Positions 52,827-64,000 of a DNA stretch of 64,000 nucleotides are shown in pieces. Below the pieces are notes generated by a model. That model ran no database searches, was not told where the DNA came from, and saw only the letters and a list, made by a program, of their open reading frames with translations. The translations under genes were made by a program, and so were the position numbers. Position 1 is the stretch's first letter; every line of letters begins with the position of its first letter. Source of the stretch: Octopus sinensis (lineage: Eukaryota); contig NC_043007.1 of the NCBI RefSeq assembly GCF_006345805.1, positions 15,066,001 through 15,130,000 on the forward strand. The letters are read 5' to 3'.

Positions 52827-53065
52827 GGTGTTGTGTGTGTGGGTGTGTGGGTGTGTGTATGTGTTTGTGTGTCTGTGTTTGTCCCCCTAGCATTGCTTGA
52901 GAACCGATGCTGGTGTGTTTATGTCCCCGTAACTTAGTGGTTCGGCAAAAGAGACTGATAGGATAAGTGCTAGGGTTACAAAGAATAAGTCCTGGGGTCG
53001 ATTTGCTCGACTAAAGGCGGTGCTCCAGCATGGCCACAGTCAAATGACTGAAACAAGTAAAGAGA
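52578..53065 (+). mobile_element. SINE type B, full length
   Basis: Head, expanded (TA)n(TG)n middle, tail. Confidence 0.92.
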
Positions 53066-54123
53066 GCAAGGTGTTCCTTTCATCGGGTTCCAGTTCTGTG
53101 GACAAAGGCACGATATGCTCAGTCGGCATAATTTGTCTCTATGACATTCTGAAAAGCTTCTGTGTCCACATCCTTATGTCGCCTCACGCACGTGTGTACG
53201 TCTATGCGGATATCTGGTATTATTATTTCTCTGCCTAAGTGAGATGTGTACATTCCACCACACTACGATGCATCATACGTATGGTATGCATGTATGTATG
53301 TATGTATGTATGTATGATGTATGTATGTATGTATGTATGTATGTATTATGTATGTATGTATGTGTATATGTATGTATATGTATGTGTATGTATGTATGTA
53401 TGTATGTATTATGTTGATGTATGTATGTATGATGTATGTATGTATTATGTATGTATTATGTATGTATTAATGTATGTATGTATGTATGCATGTATGTATG
53501 TATGTATTATGTATGTATGTATAGTATGTATGTATGTATGTATGTGTATGTATGTATGTATGTATGTATGTGTATGTATGTATGTAGTATGTATGTATGT
53601 AATATGTTGTATTATATATATGTATGTATATATATATACACACACATATGCATATATATGTGTGTGTATTTTTAAATATGTTCATTAATTTATAAACATA
53701 TATATTAGTGTATTATGTTGTGTGTATGCAAATATATATCCATGCACACATACACCCCCAACACCCACCCCCCACTCACACACATATGTACACATTTTCG
53801 TACATATGTGTATGTTTGCCATATGATAATTTGTCGTATAAGACCTGGTGACGGAAATTAAAAGAGAGAGAGAGAGTTAGATGGAAAAGGATACAAAGGA
53901 AGATAGGAAAGGTGGGAGAGAGAAAGAGAGGGAGAGAGAAAGAGAGAGAGAGAGAAAGAGAGAGAGAGAAAGAGAGAGAGAGAGAAGAGAGAGAGAGAAA
54001 GAGAGACAGAGAGAGAGGCGGAAGTGGGACAGAGAGCATGGTGAGACGAAAGAAGAAAGTAGTAAAAATGGTTAACTCAGACTATCGTAAAATTGAATAA
54101 CAACAATATTAATCTTTATACAC

Positions 54124-54592
54124 ATAGGAGCGGCTGTGTGGTAAGTAGCTTGCTAACCAACCACATGGTTCCGGGTTCAGTCCCACTGCGTGGCATTTTG
54201 GGCAAGTGTCTTCTGCTATAACCTCGGGCCGACCAATGCCTTGTGAGAGGATTTGGTAGACGGAAACTGAAAGAAGCCTGTCGTATATATATATATATTA
54301 TATATGTGTGTGTGTTGTGTGGTGTGTGTTGTTTGTGTGGTATGTGTGTGTGTGTGTGGTGTGTGTGTGTGTGTACGTGTTGTTGTGTGTCTGTGTTTGT
54401 CCCCCTAGCATTTCTTGACAACCGTCTGGTGTGTTTACGTCCCCGTCACTTTAGCGGTTCGGCAAAATAGACCGATAGAATAAGTACTATGGCTTACAAA
54501 GACTGAGTCCCGGGGTCGATTTGCTCGACTAAAGGCGGTGCTCCAGCATGGCCGCAGTCAAATGACTGAAACAAGTAAAAGAGTAAAAGAGT
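54124..54592 (+). mobile_element. SINE type B, full length
   Basis: Head, core and (TAAAAGAG)n tail. Confidence 0.92.
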
Positions 54593-54874
54593 ATACACCT
54601 ACCTACTTACCTACCTACCTACCTACCTACCTACATACCTACCTACCTACCTACCTGCGTACATGCCTACCTACCTATCTACCTACGACTAACAGCTGTC
54701 AATCTTTCTTCCACTTCCTTCCTAATGACAAGACGTGCTTTTGCCTGTCTCTTTTCAAAGTCTCTTTTTTAAATTTGAGCTCAATTTATTTATTGTAGTC
54801 CCGTAACTGTATTTTAATACTTTTGTGACAACCGGTACTTAACACAACAAAGCTTTTACAAAGCTTTACATTTT

Positions 54875-54916
54875 ACTTTTGACAATCTTTTTCTAAAAAA
54901 GTGAAACCGGTCAAGT
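54875..54916 (+). ncRNA. Minimal hammerhead motif (U3/A8 variant, CCGG loop)
   Basis: ACTT-TTGACAA-tCTTTTT..AAAAAGt-GAAA-CCGG-TC-AAGT, followed by AATAAA; first stem II pair mismatched. Confidence 0.6.
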
Positions 54917-55012
54917 CAATAAAAGTCCATTGCATTTTTAAACCTTGAGGTACCGTACAACTTTACTTTGTTACATATATATATATATATGTATATCTAT
55001 ATATACATACAT

Positions 55013-55065
<53 letters not shown>

Positions 55066-55140
55066 AAAAACAAAGGTAAGAATTATCAAATAATTATTTA
55101 CCGGTGGCTAGCATGTGTAATAAAAGTCAGAACACAAATA

Positions 55141-55306
55141 TTGACAACCGATGCTCGTGTGTTTACGTCCCCGTAACCAAGCGGTTCGACAAAAGAGACC
55201 GATAGAATAAGTACTAAGCTTACGAAGAATAAATCTTGGGGTCGATTTGCTCGATCGACTAAAGGCGGTGCTCCAGCATGGCCACAGTCAAATGACTGAA
55301 ACAAGT
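55141..55306 (+). mobile_element. SINE type B 3' half
   Basis: TTGACAACCGATGC...CAAATGACTGAAACAAGT. Confidence 0.85.
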
Positions 55307-55587
55307 ATGTGCGTGCGTGTGTGTGTGAGTTTGAGTGTGTATGTGTGCATGTATTCGGGTACATATGTGTATATAAAGATGCGTGGCCAAGTGGTTAGAT
55401 CGTTTGGCATATAAAGCATAAGGTCGTTGAGTGACTTCGGGGGTCGAAGTAGCTCATTATTGCACAGTCACTTCTTTATTACTCATTATTAATTATGAAG
55501 TAATAATTATTACTTCATTATTATTTACGTCTATTTCATCTTTTATTTTTCAAGATAAAATATTTAGGAACACATTGTACATTGTAT

Positions 55588-55851
55588 AAAAAAATAAATG
55601 AATGCGCCCTTCTTTAAAGCCTGGCCAGGCTCATGGGCCCGGTTTCCCGGTTTCTATGGCGTGTGTGTTCCCCAGCTGGACGGGACGCCAGTCCATCGCA
55701 GCGTTACTCATTTTTGCCAGCTGAGTGGACTGCAGCAACGTAAAATGAAGTGCTTTGCTCAAGGACACAACGCGTCGCCCGGTCCAGGAACCGAAACCAC
55801 AATCTTACGATCCTGATGCTGACACCCTAACCACTAAGCCACGTGCCTCCA
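55588..55851 (-). mobile_element. SINE type D, full length
   Basis: Closely matches 5380-5641; TSD TTGTACA(T/A)TGTATAA. Confidence 0.92.
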
Positions 55852-55909
55852 CTTGTACAATGTATAATTGCACCTAAATATTAGATGGTAAAGTATAATT
55901 TGAAAATAA

Positions 55910-56325
55910 GGCGGCGAGCTGGCAGAAACGTTAGCACGCCGGACGAAATGCTTAGCGGTATTTCGTCTGCTGCTACGTTCTGAGTTCAAATTCCGCCGAG
56001 GTCGACTTTGCCTTTCATCCTTTCGGGGTCGATAAATTAAATACAAGTTACGCATTGGAGTCGATGTAATCGACTTAATACCTATGTCTGTCCTTGTTTG
56101 TCCCCTCTATGTTTAGCCCCTTGTGGGCAATAAAGAAACAGGTATTTCGTCTGTCGCACGTTATGAGTTCAAATTCCGCCGAGGTCGACTTTGCTTTTCG
56201 TCCCTTTCGGGGTCGACTAAATAAGTACCAGTTACGCACTGGAGTCGATATAATCGACTTAATCCGTTTATATGTCCTTGTTTGTCCTCTCTGTGTTTAG
56301 CCCCTTGTGGGTAGTAAAGAAATAA
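55910..56325 (+). mobile_element. SINE type A dimer
   Basis: Head plus two bodies; TSD GTATAATTTGAA. Confidence 0.92.
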
Positions 56326-56979
56326 GGTATAATTTGAAGAGAGAATTAACTGCTATTTCTACCCGCTCAATTGACCTACGAGAGCCCCTCACACACGTGG
56401 CGACTGGAGTCTGGGACGTTGCAAAATAATATTTTGTTAAGAGTGCATCGAAGCAGTGGAAGCGACGGAGGCGTTGTGGACAATAAATGTGGAAACTGTA
56501 CCACAGACGTATAATTTATCTTTTCTTCTTCCTTTTTACATGATCTAATTATTCCCCCCCCTCTCCTCCTACTATTCATTCTCTTCACAAGCTTTAATTT
56601 ATCTCCTCTTTCTCTTTCTTCTTTATCGCCATGCTATTTTGCACCATGCTTCCCTCCACCTCCCTCTATTCACTCGTTATCACCGTCTTATGTTTACCTC
56701 CATTTCCTTAATTTGCATAGCTATGTTCACTTTCGACACCTCCTCCTCCTTCTTCCACGGTACTTCTCTCCTCTCACTTCTCTTCACCTCCCACCCATTT
56801 GTCTACTACAATCTATTTAACTTAATCCTCCCCCCTTTTCTCCCTCCCCTCTCTCTCTCTCTCTTTTCTCTCTTTCCCTCGTTGTCCTCTTTGTAATTAG
56901 GATTCTACATCCTCCTCTTTTCCATTTGCTTTTCTCTCATCCATAATTCATAATAGCAAATATTCCGTTCTCTGAAATG

Positions 56980-57036
<57 letters not shown>

Positions 57037-58151
57037 CTCTCTCTCTCTCTCTCTCTCATGCATACACAAACATAAATACACACATACACACATACACACA
57101 CGGCAACCTATCTATCTATCTATCTATCTATCTATATTTAAATGCAAACACACACACACACAAACCTACACACACACACAACCCTACACACACACACACA
57201 CACAACATGCACACACATGCATACACACACACACATGCATACGCGCACACACACGCACACACACACGTCAATACAACACGTTACAAGATAGAAAGAAACC
57301 ATCACTTCTATTCCATTTCACACCGATTTCATTAACTGAAAACTAAATTACTGTGAAATGCCGGAAACCGTGAATATATTGACCCTCTACGTTTTTGTAC
57401 AACGGTGAACTTTTGTTCGTACAGTAATACAGTTAATTCGCTGGTATAATTGGGTAAAGATGCTTGAGCAGTAATATTGCTTTAGTGTTTCGCACACAAA
57501 CACACACACACACATCAAAACACATATATATGATTGGATAAGTTGACGTCAACAAGAAGGAGTACGATTAGACATATATTTGCAGTCACTACAATTGTTT
57601 CTACGCCACGTAGTTCTCCAGGATTGCAGATACTTCGTTACGCAACCGTTTCCTTGCATTATGAGAGCTGGATGTGTGTCCTCAGGCGATATATAAATAC
57701 TGTCTCCATAAATTCAAATTCTCGGCTTCAAAAGCATCTTCTCTGCCTGTCGTGGTCTGGAATTAGTAGTAACCACTGAGTGTATCAAGAGGTGTGTTGT
57801 GGCTAAAGTTCTTAACAAAATATAACTAACTATAACTCTATTCGAACACATAAGACAGCTATTATGCTTACTCCCCACACAAAAAAAAAACACCACGTGG
57901 ATTCTGTTAAGACCTGTAAAAAACAATTATGAACTTTTTTATTACACTTAACTTTTCAAAATATTTTTGATAAGGTTCGTTTTTTCAAGAAGAACCGAAA
58001 CATATAAAATTTCTAAGAAAATTAAAATTTATCTTATATAGTGGCGTTTTCAAACTTCTTTTTTATAAATATATACCCACTCGTATACAACCTTCAATTA
58101 TATATATATATATATATATGTATATGCACATACATATATATGTATATATAT

Positions 58152-58193
<42 letters not shown>

Positions 58194-58662
58194 ATATATA
58201 TATATATATATCTGTGTGTGTGTGAGTGAAAATAGGAGATTGGAAAAAATTTGGGGATTATTTTTATTTATGTACCATTACATTTCCTAGTAGGAGTTAC
58301 AAAATTGCGCTTGTAGGAGAAACATATAAGATATCTCCTATTAGAAATACTTCATGCCAAAAATCAAATGATATTCGATTCTCTGACTGAAGAAGTGTTA
58401 ATAAGAAATATCTTACATCTTTCCTTGTACTTGTACAATTTTGAAAGTCCTTTCAGGAAGTGAAATACTGAATCAACAATACCAAACAGTTTTCTCAATC
58501 TCCTGTTTTTATATAATTACTCAGCAGAAAATATTTTCCAGTATTTTTCGTCTCACAAATATAACATTTATATACAACTTCGGAGTATTAGAATAAGAAG
58601 ATGGGTTTCAAGGGGACACAGGCTGGATTATAATGGTTATATATATATATAAAATATATATC

Positions 58663-59046
58663 TCTCTTTTACTCTTTTACTTGTTTCAGTCATTTGACTC
58701 TAGCCATGCTGGAGCATCACCTTTAGTCGAGCAAATCGACTCCAGGACTTATTATTTGTAAGCCTAGTACTTATTCTATCGATTTCTTTTGCCGACGTAA
58801 TCACACCAGCATTGGTTGTCATACACAAACACGCACACACACACACATACACACACTCACACACACATATATATATATACGACGGGCTTCTTTCAGTTTC
58901 CGTCTACCAAATCCACTCACAAGGCTTTGGTCGGCCTGAGGCTATAGTAGAAGACACTTACCCAAGGTGCCACGCAATGAGACTGAATCCGGGACCATGT
59001 GGTTGGTAAGCAAGCTACTTACCACACAGCCACTCCTACTCCTGCG
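58663..59046 (-). mobile_element. SINE type B with internal deletions
   Basis: Head, core and tail. Confidence 0.88.
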
Positions 59047-59094
59047 TATATATATATATAATAACAATTTAATAAATAAAACATATGCATACAT

Positions 59095-59620
59095 ACATAT
59101 ATGTACATACCTACATCTATATGTATATATACATGCATATATGAGTACAGGACACCACAAATAAACGTAGAACACAACGAGAAACGAAAACATAAAACCA
59201 AACAAGGAAACGGACTTTTTTTAACAACGAAAAAAACAGAGTACAAGACCAACAACACAAGGAACATTCCCCTTCTTCAGCTGCCCCTGTTTCGACTCAA
59301 TGCGTGTTTCGAAGGTAAGGGCAGAACACGGCCACGCCGAAGCAGTCCTTCCCGCAAAATGAATTAAATAAAAAATTTTTGCGGAGGGGTAAAAAAAGTG
59401 ACAAGAACAGGACGTAAAAGCAATACAAATGAAGAAAAAAACAGTACAAATAAAGATAAAAGAAGTAAATGACAGGACAAGGAAACAAACAATAAGGGCT
59501 TTTTTTAAGCCTAGACGGTGGAAAAATTCGTTAGAACGCTTTCTAAAAATCGGCTTGCGGAGGACAGAAAAAAGCCGATGTTGACTTGTTGAAAGCTGTG
59601 GGCAGAAAGAAAGTTTGTAG
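59095..59620 (-). repeat. Unclassified dispersed repeat, homologue of 14860-15340
   Basis: Same collinear blocks in reverse orientation. Confidence 0.75.
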
Positions 59621-59954
59621 CCCTCCGTTCAGCGACGGGAGAGAGGAGGAGGAGTGAGTGAGAGAGAGAGAGAGAGAGAGGAGGAGAAGGAGGAGGAGGA
59701 GTGAGAGAGAGAGGAGAAGAAACCAGAAAGAGTGAAAAATAAGGAGAGAGACAGGTAGAGAGGAAGACAGACAGGGAGGAAAGGTCAAATAAAGAGTCAA
59801 GTGTGCGCGTCATAATTATTGAAATAAAACTTACTTGGAAGAAGAAGAAAACGACGCGTGCGTTCAATCATATGATAACAATTTAATAAATAAGACATAT
59901 GCATACTACATACAAAAATACTTCCAGTAAGTTATATATATATATAATATATAT

Positions 59955-59987
<33 letters not shown>

Positions 59988-60388
59988 TGGGTGCTGAGGT
60001 CTCTTCTTGGAGACAACGGGTAACCATGTGCTCTCGCTCCTCTCAGTCATGGTCGGATAGTCGGCAGCTGAACCGGCTCCCCTCTTGGTTCAGCTTGCTG
60101 GATCTTGGAGGAGGGTGTGAGTGCACCCATCGGAACTAAAAACAAGATCTGTTCGAACAAGGGCAGCAGAGCGCGGCCCTTGTCCCTCACCACACCAAGC
60201 TAAGACGGTGGATCAAGCGGAGGAAGCTAGACCTCCGAACTCACCGATTGATCTTAGCGGAAGAAGGCGATGCTAAACAGACTTGCTAGAAAGGCTCTAA
60301 TGACATTGGAGCTAGCGGCATTTCGTTGCAACCCATCTCGCAGACTTCGCATGTCTTTCCAGGTAGTGCCACGGCAGAAGGATTTTGG
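59988..60388 (+). mobile_element. GC-rich structured repeat, probable RTE-clade LINE 5' UTR
   Basis: Begins abruptly after (TA)n; related to 23965-24297; hairpins such as AGCTGAACC/GGTTCAGCT and GTCTC/GAGAC. Confidence 0.5.
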
Positions 60389-60590
60389 CCAGAATCGTTA
60401 GGACGCCGGACGAAATGCTTAGCGGTATTTCGCCCGTCGCTCTGCTCTGAGTTCAAATCCTGCCGAGGTCGACTTTGTCCTTCATCCTTTCGGGATCGAT
60501 AAAATAAGTACCAGTGAAGCACTGGGGTCAATGTAATAGACTCATCTCCTCCTCCAAAATTGCTGCCCTTGTGGCAAAATTTGAAACCAT
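60388..60590 (+). mobile_element. SINE type A, diverged, alternative tail
   Basis: CAGAATCGTTAGGACGCCGGACGAAATGC...GAGGTCGACTTTG...CCCTTGTGGCAAAATTTGAAACC. Confidence 0.8.
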
Positions 60591-60660
60591 TATTATTATT
60601 ATTATTATTATGACCACAGCTATAGATCTGAAAAGCTAAAGATATTTAAAATATTTACTA

Positions 60661-60717
<57 letters not shown>

Positions 60718-60957
60718 GTAGTAGTAGTAGAGAGTGGTAGTCTATGTGTTCTGTCGCGTTTGCACACGTCGCAGTATTGCATTGAATATTCAAACGATGT
60801 ATTCAGTTTTAGTGTATTAATTATTTTTCTCGATTAACAAACAGTGCACCAAGCATGAAAAGCGATGCAAAATATGTAAGGAAGATAGAAAAAAAAGTGT
60901 AAGACTTATAACATTAGTAGCAAGGCTCCACCATTTAACTGTGTAACACTGAATGTT

Positions 60958-61352
60958 CTTTTCTTCTTTAGCACTCCGTCGGTTACGACGATGAGGGTTC
61001 CGGTTGATCCGAATCAACGGAACAGCCTGCTCGTGAAATTAACGTGTAAGTGGCTGAGCACTCCACAGACACGTGCACCCTTAACGTAGTTCTCGGGGAT
61101 ATTCAGCGTGACACAGAGAGTGACAAGGCCGGCCCTTTGAAATACTGGTACAACAGAAACAGGAAGTAAGAGTGAGAGAAAGTTGTGGTGAAAGAGTACA
61201 GCAGGGATCACCACCACTCCCTGCCGGAGCTTCGTGGAGCTTTTAGGTGTTTTCGCTCAATAAACACTCACAACACCCGGTCTGGGAATCGAAACCGCGA
61301 TCCTATGACCGCGAGTCCACTGCCCTAACCACTGGGCCATTGCGCCTCCACG
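60958..61352 (-). mobile_element. SINE type C, full length
   Basis: Closely matches 38477-38870; exact 13-bp TSD AACACTGAATGTT at 60945-60957 / 61353-61365. Confidence 0.93.
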
Positions 61353-61679
61353 AACACTGAATGTTAGTTACTATAAAATGACAGTGTGATAATAGAATAA
61401 CCTCTCTCAATTATAATATTTCCTTTGTGTATTTGTTATTTTTTCCACTTCACTTCAGCAGTCCAAGTGAACTAATCCTCAGCGTGCCATTTATGAAATG
61501 CGCCAATTACGTTGATAAACACTGCATATATAAACATAACATGACAGCAGCCATATTTGAAGCGTTTCACTGTGGTCTGATGCCTTTGTCCACAATTAAC
61601 GACAAACAATGAATCAATTGGCGGCTTTCATCGTAACAAAACAATTAATTAGAACATACAATAGTGAAATGATAAAGAG

Positions 61680-62018
<339 letters not shown>

Positions 62019-62602
62019 AAGCGGGAGCTGGCAGAATCGTTAGGAAGCTGGACAAAATGCTTTGCGACATTTCGTCCGACTTTACGTTCTGAGTTCGAAA
62101 TCCGCCAAGGTCGACTTTGCCATTCATTCTTCCGGGGGTTCATGAATGAAGTACCAGTGAAACAGCAGGGTTGATATAATCCATTGATGAATGACGATAT
62201 GTGCATCTCTGGTCACGAACAGAAGCAGTGGGGGAGCATCATAGCTATATGTTGAGAGGAAATCTTTGGGGTGTGAACAATGCAGCTCTGGAAAGAGCTA
62301 GGGGACGACTGGAACGCTATCTTTGAAGTACGCTTGGACTATGTGGGTTTAAGTGATAAAAGCAGGGTACAAAAGTCTCGTAAGCCTATCCAAACGTTTC
62401 TAACTATTTGACAGGTATCGACTGGTTTTCCCGACTCTAGTCGGTCAGAGAACCATCGAACCCTTTCAGTAAACAAATAGACTGAGGGAAACTAAGCCAT
62501 TTCCTCGCTCATTGAGATTATTCATGGTAGCTGCTGCGGCGTTTACGTCATGAATACCATCAACAACTGCCCCATAAAACCAGCAACTATTTTCAGCAAC
62601 AA

Positions 62603-62885
62603 CACCACGAGGCTCCGGCAGGGGGTGGTGGCGACCCCTGTTGTACTCTTTCGCTCCAGCTTTTTCTCACTCTTTCTTACTGTTTCTGATCCCCGACTTC
62701 CTACGCAACCGCTGAGCCTGGATGCGCATTCATCCATCCGTCGATGCTTTCGGTGTCGGGGGTTGACCTGCTTTCTCTTCTACGCGTCTTACGAATAGCA
62801 AAGGACCACGTTTCGGACTTCTCCCATCTTGCGAGCTCTGGAACGAAGACCGTTCGCTCAACAGCAACAGCAACAGCAGCAACAC
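62603..62885 (+). mobile_element. 5'-truncated type C SINE with a fourth 3' module and (CAA/CAG)n tail
   Basis: CCACGAGGCTCCGGCAGGGG...TGTACTCTTTC matches the C middle, then unrelated tail ending in CAACAG repeats. Confidence 0.7.
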
Positions 62886-63458
62886 CAGCCGTCCAAGAAT
62901 TGGGACCTGGAGATCTCCATTTCCAGCGACTTCGAGGGGCCACCTCCCAGTGGTGTCGGGCGTCAACGAAAAGCCCTCGACTACAACAAGACGACCAAAG
63001 TTTTTTTCCCAAGGTCTGGAGTCTCCCGCCCCTAAGCCCTAGACCATCACCTAATCACCCTTACCCATCTCGTTACTTAACAACAACAACAACAACAGCA
63101 GCAGCAGCAGTAACATCAATGTGAACGTTGTTGACGCGTAGATAAAACTATTTCCATTCCTCACCAAGGATAGATGTATGACCAGGGGCATGACATCAAC
63201 TATTTATAAGAATTTAAACTGTGATTTGAATGAGATCTTTTCAACACCTATAGGATGTCCAGTCTCCCTTATTGACTCACTGATGCATATGATTTTCATC
63301 TTTATAACTTGGTATCAACATAACTGACCTGAAACTGGATGCCTTGTCTTATTGAATTTCCTAGCCTGACAGTATTTGCATGGCCTTTCATTCTTCGACT
63401 TGATAAAACAACTACAATATGTCGCATTTGTCTACAGATGAATAAATGACGAGTAATA

Positions 63459-64000
63459 CAGGGTCAGGCAAAATGATCTGATACATTTGTAGGTTAAATA
63501 AAAGGCATTGTTTTTCGTTTCTTTTTCAGTTGCTGCCATGAATTGGACTGGTGAGCATCGCGCTTTCATTGTGGAAACGTTTATCAAAACAAACGATTCT
63601 GTAACTGCAACACAAAGAGCGTTCCGTTTGCACTTCAATCTTGGTAGACATGATCCCGTACCAGCTCGAAACACGACCTTGTTATGGGTTACCAACTTCA
63701 GAGCTACTGGATCTGCATTGAAACGAAAATCAACCGGCCGACCAACTTAAAGGTGCAATTTGTCAAGAAATTACTGCCATTCCACATGAAATGACCCGCC
63801 GAGTTATTGACAACTTTCGTGAACGCCTTCGACAGTGTGTGGACAATAATGGATCCCATTTGACTGATTTGATTTTTAAAACATAATGGAACAAAATGCC
63901 ATTATATGTTCTTTTCAAAAATAAAAACACTTTTTTGTTTTTTTTACTTCATTTGCCTTTTATTTAACCTTCAAATGTGTCAGATCATTTTGCCTGACCC
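63459..64000 (+). mobile_element. Second copy of the internally deleted rosa-like element (last bases beyond window)
   Basis: TA plus TIR at 63459; ORF 63538-63750 MNWTGEHRAF...KRKSTGRPT*; same deletion junction as 51667-52191. Confidence 0.9.

Noticed and set aside
59265-59320. Possible type II hammerhead on the minus strand (GAAAC...GTC...CTGAAGA)
   Set aside because: No stem I can be formed and the first stem II pair is mismatched
62744-63124. 126-aa ORF and overlapping poly-Q ORF
   Set aside because: Starts inside a SINE tail; poly-Q/TA runs come from the (CAA/CAG)n tail; no recognisable domain

Overview
Eukaryotic, AT-rich and repeat-dominated window with no supportable host protein-coding gene, rRNA, true tRNA gene or CRISPR array. 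The SINE families and microsatellite load are most consistent with an octopus (coleoid cephalopod) genome; this is recognition from memory, not a search result. Nearly all ORFs in the track are microsatellite or SINE artefacts. Contents: about 45 copies or fragments of four tRNA-derived SINE types (labelled A-D here, many with TSDs, multimers and swapped 3' modules); decayed Tc1/mariner transposases (Tc1, mariner, two DD37D/maT); two near-identical internally deleted rosa-like elements; non-autonomous Helitrons; RTE-like and Dong/R4-like LINE pieces; a decayed Penelope-like reverse transcriptase; a 20-bp minisatellite; one 100-N gap. The most notable signal is a set of minimal type I hammerhead ribozyme motifs found by eye (19777, 20110, 27602, 31954, 54875, plus remnants at 13136 and 3728). 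They fall into paired classes by core variant and palindromic loop 3 and sit in non-coding, mostly (TA)n-flanked, sometimes inverted-repeat units that look like Penelope pLTR or retrozyme-like elements. Several foldback and template-switch scars are also present. Coordinates were counted manually and may be off by a few bases.
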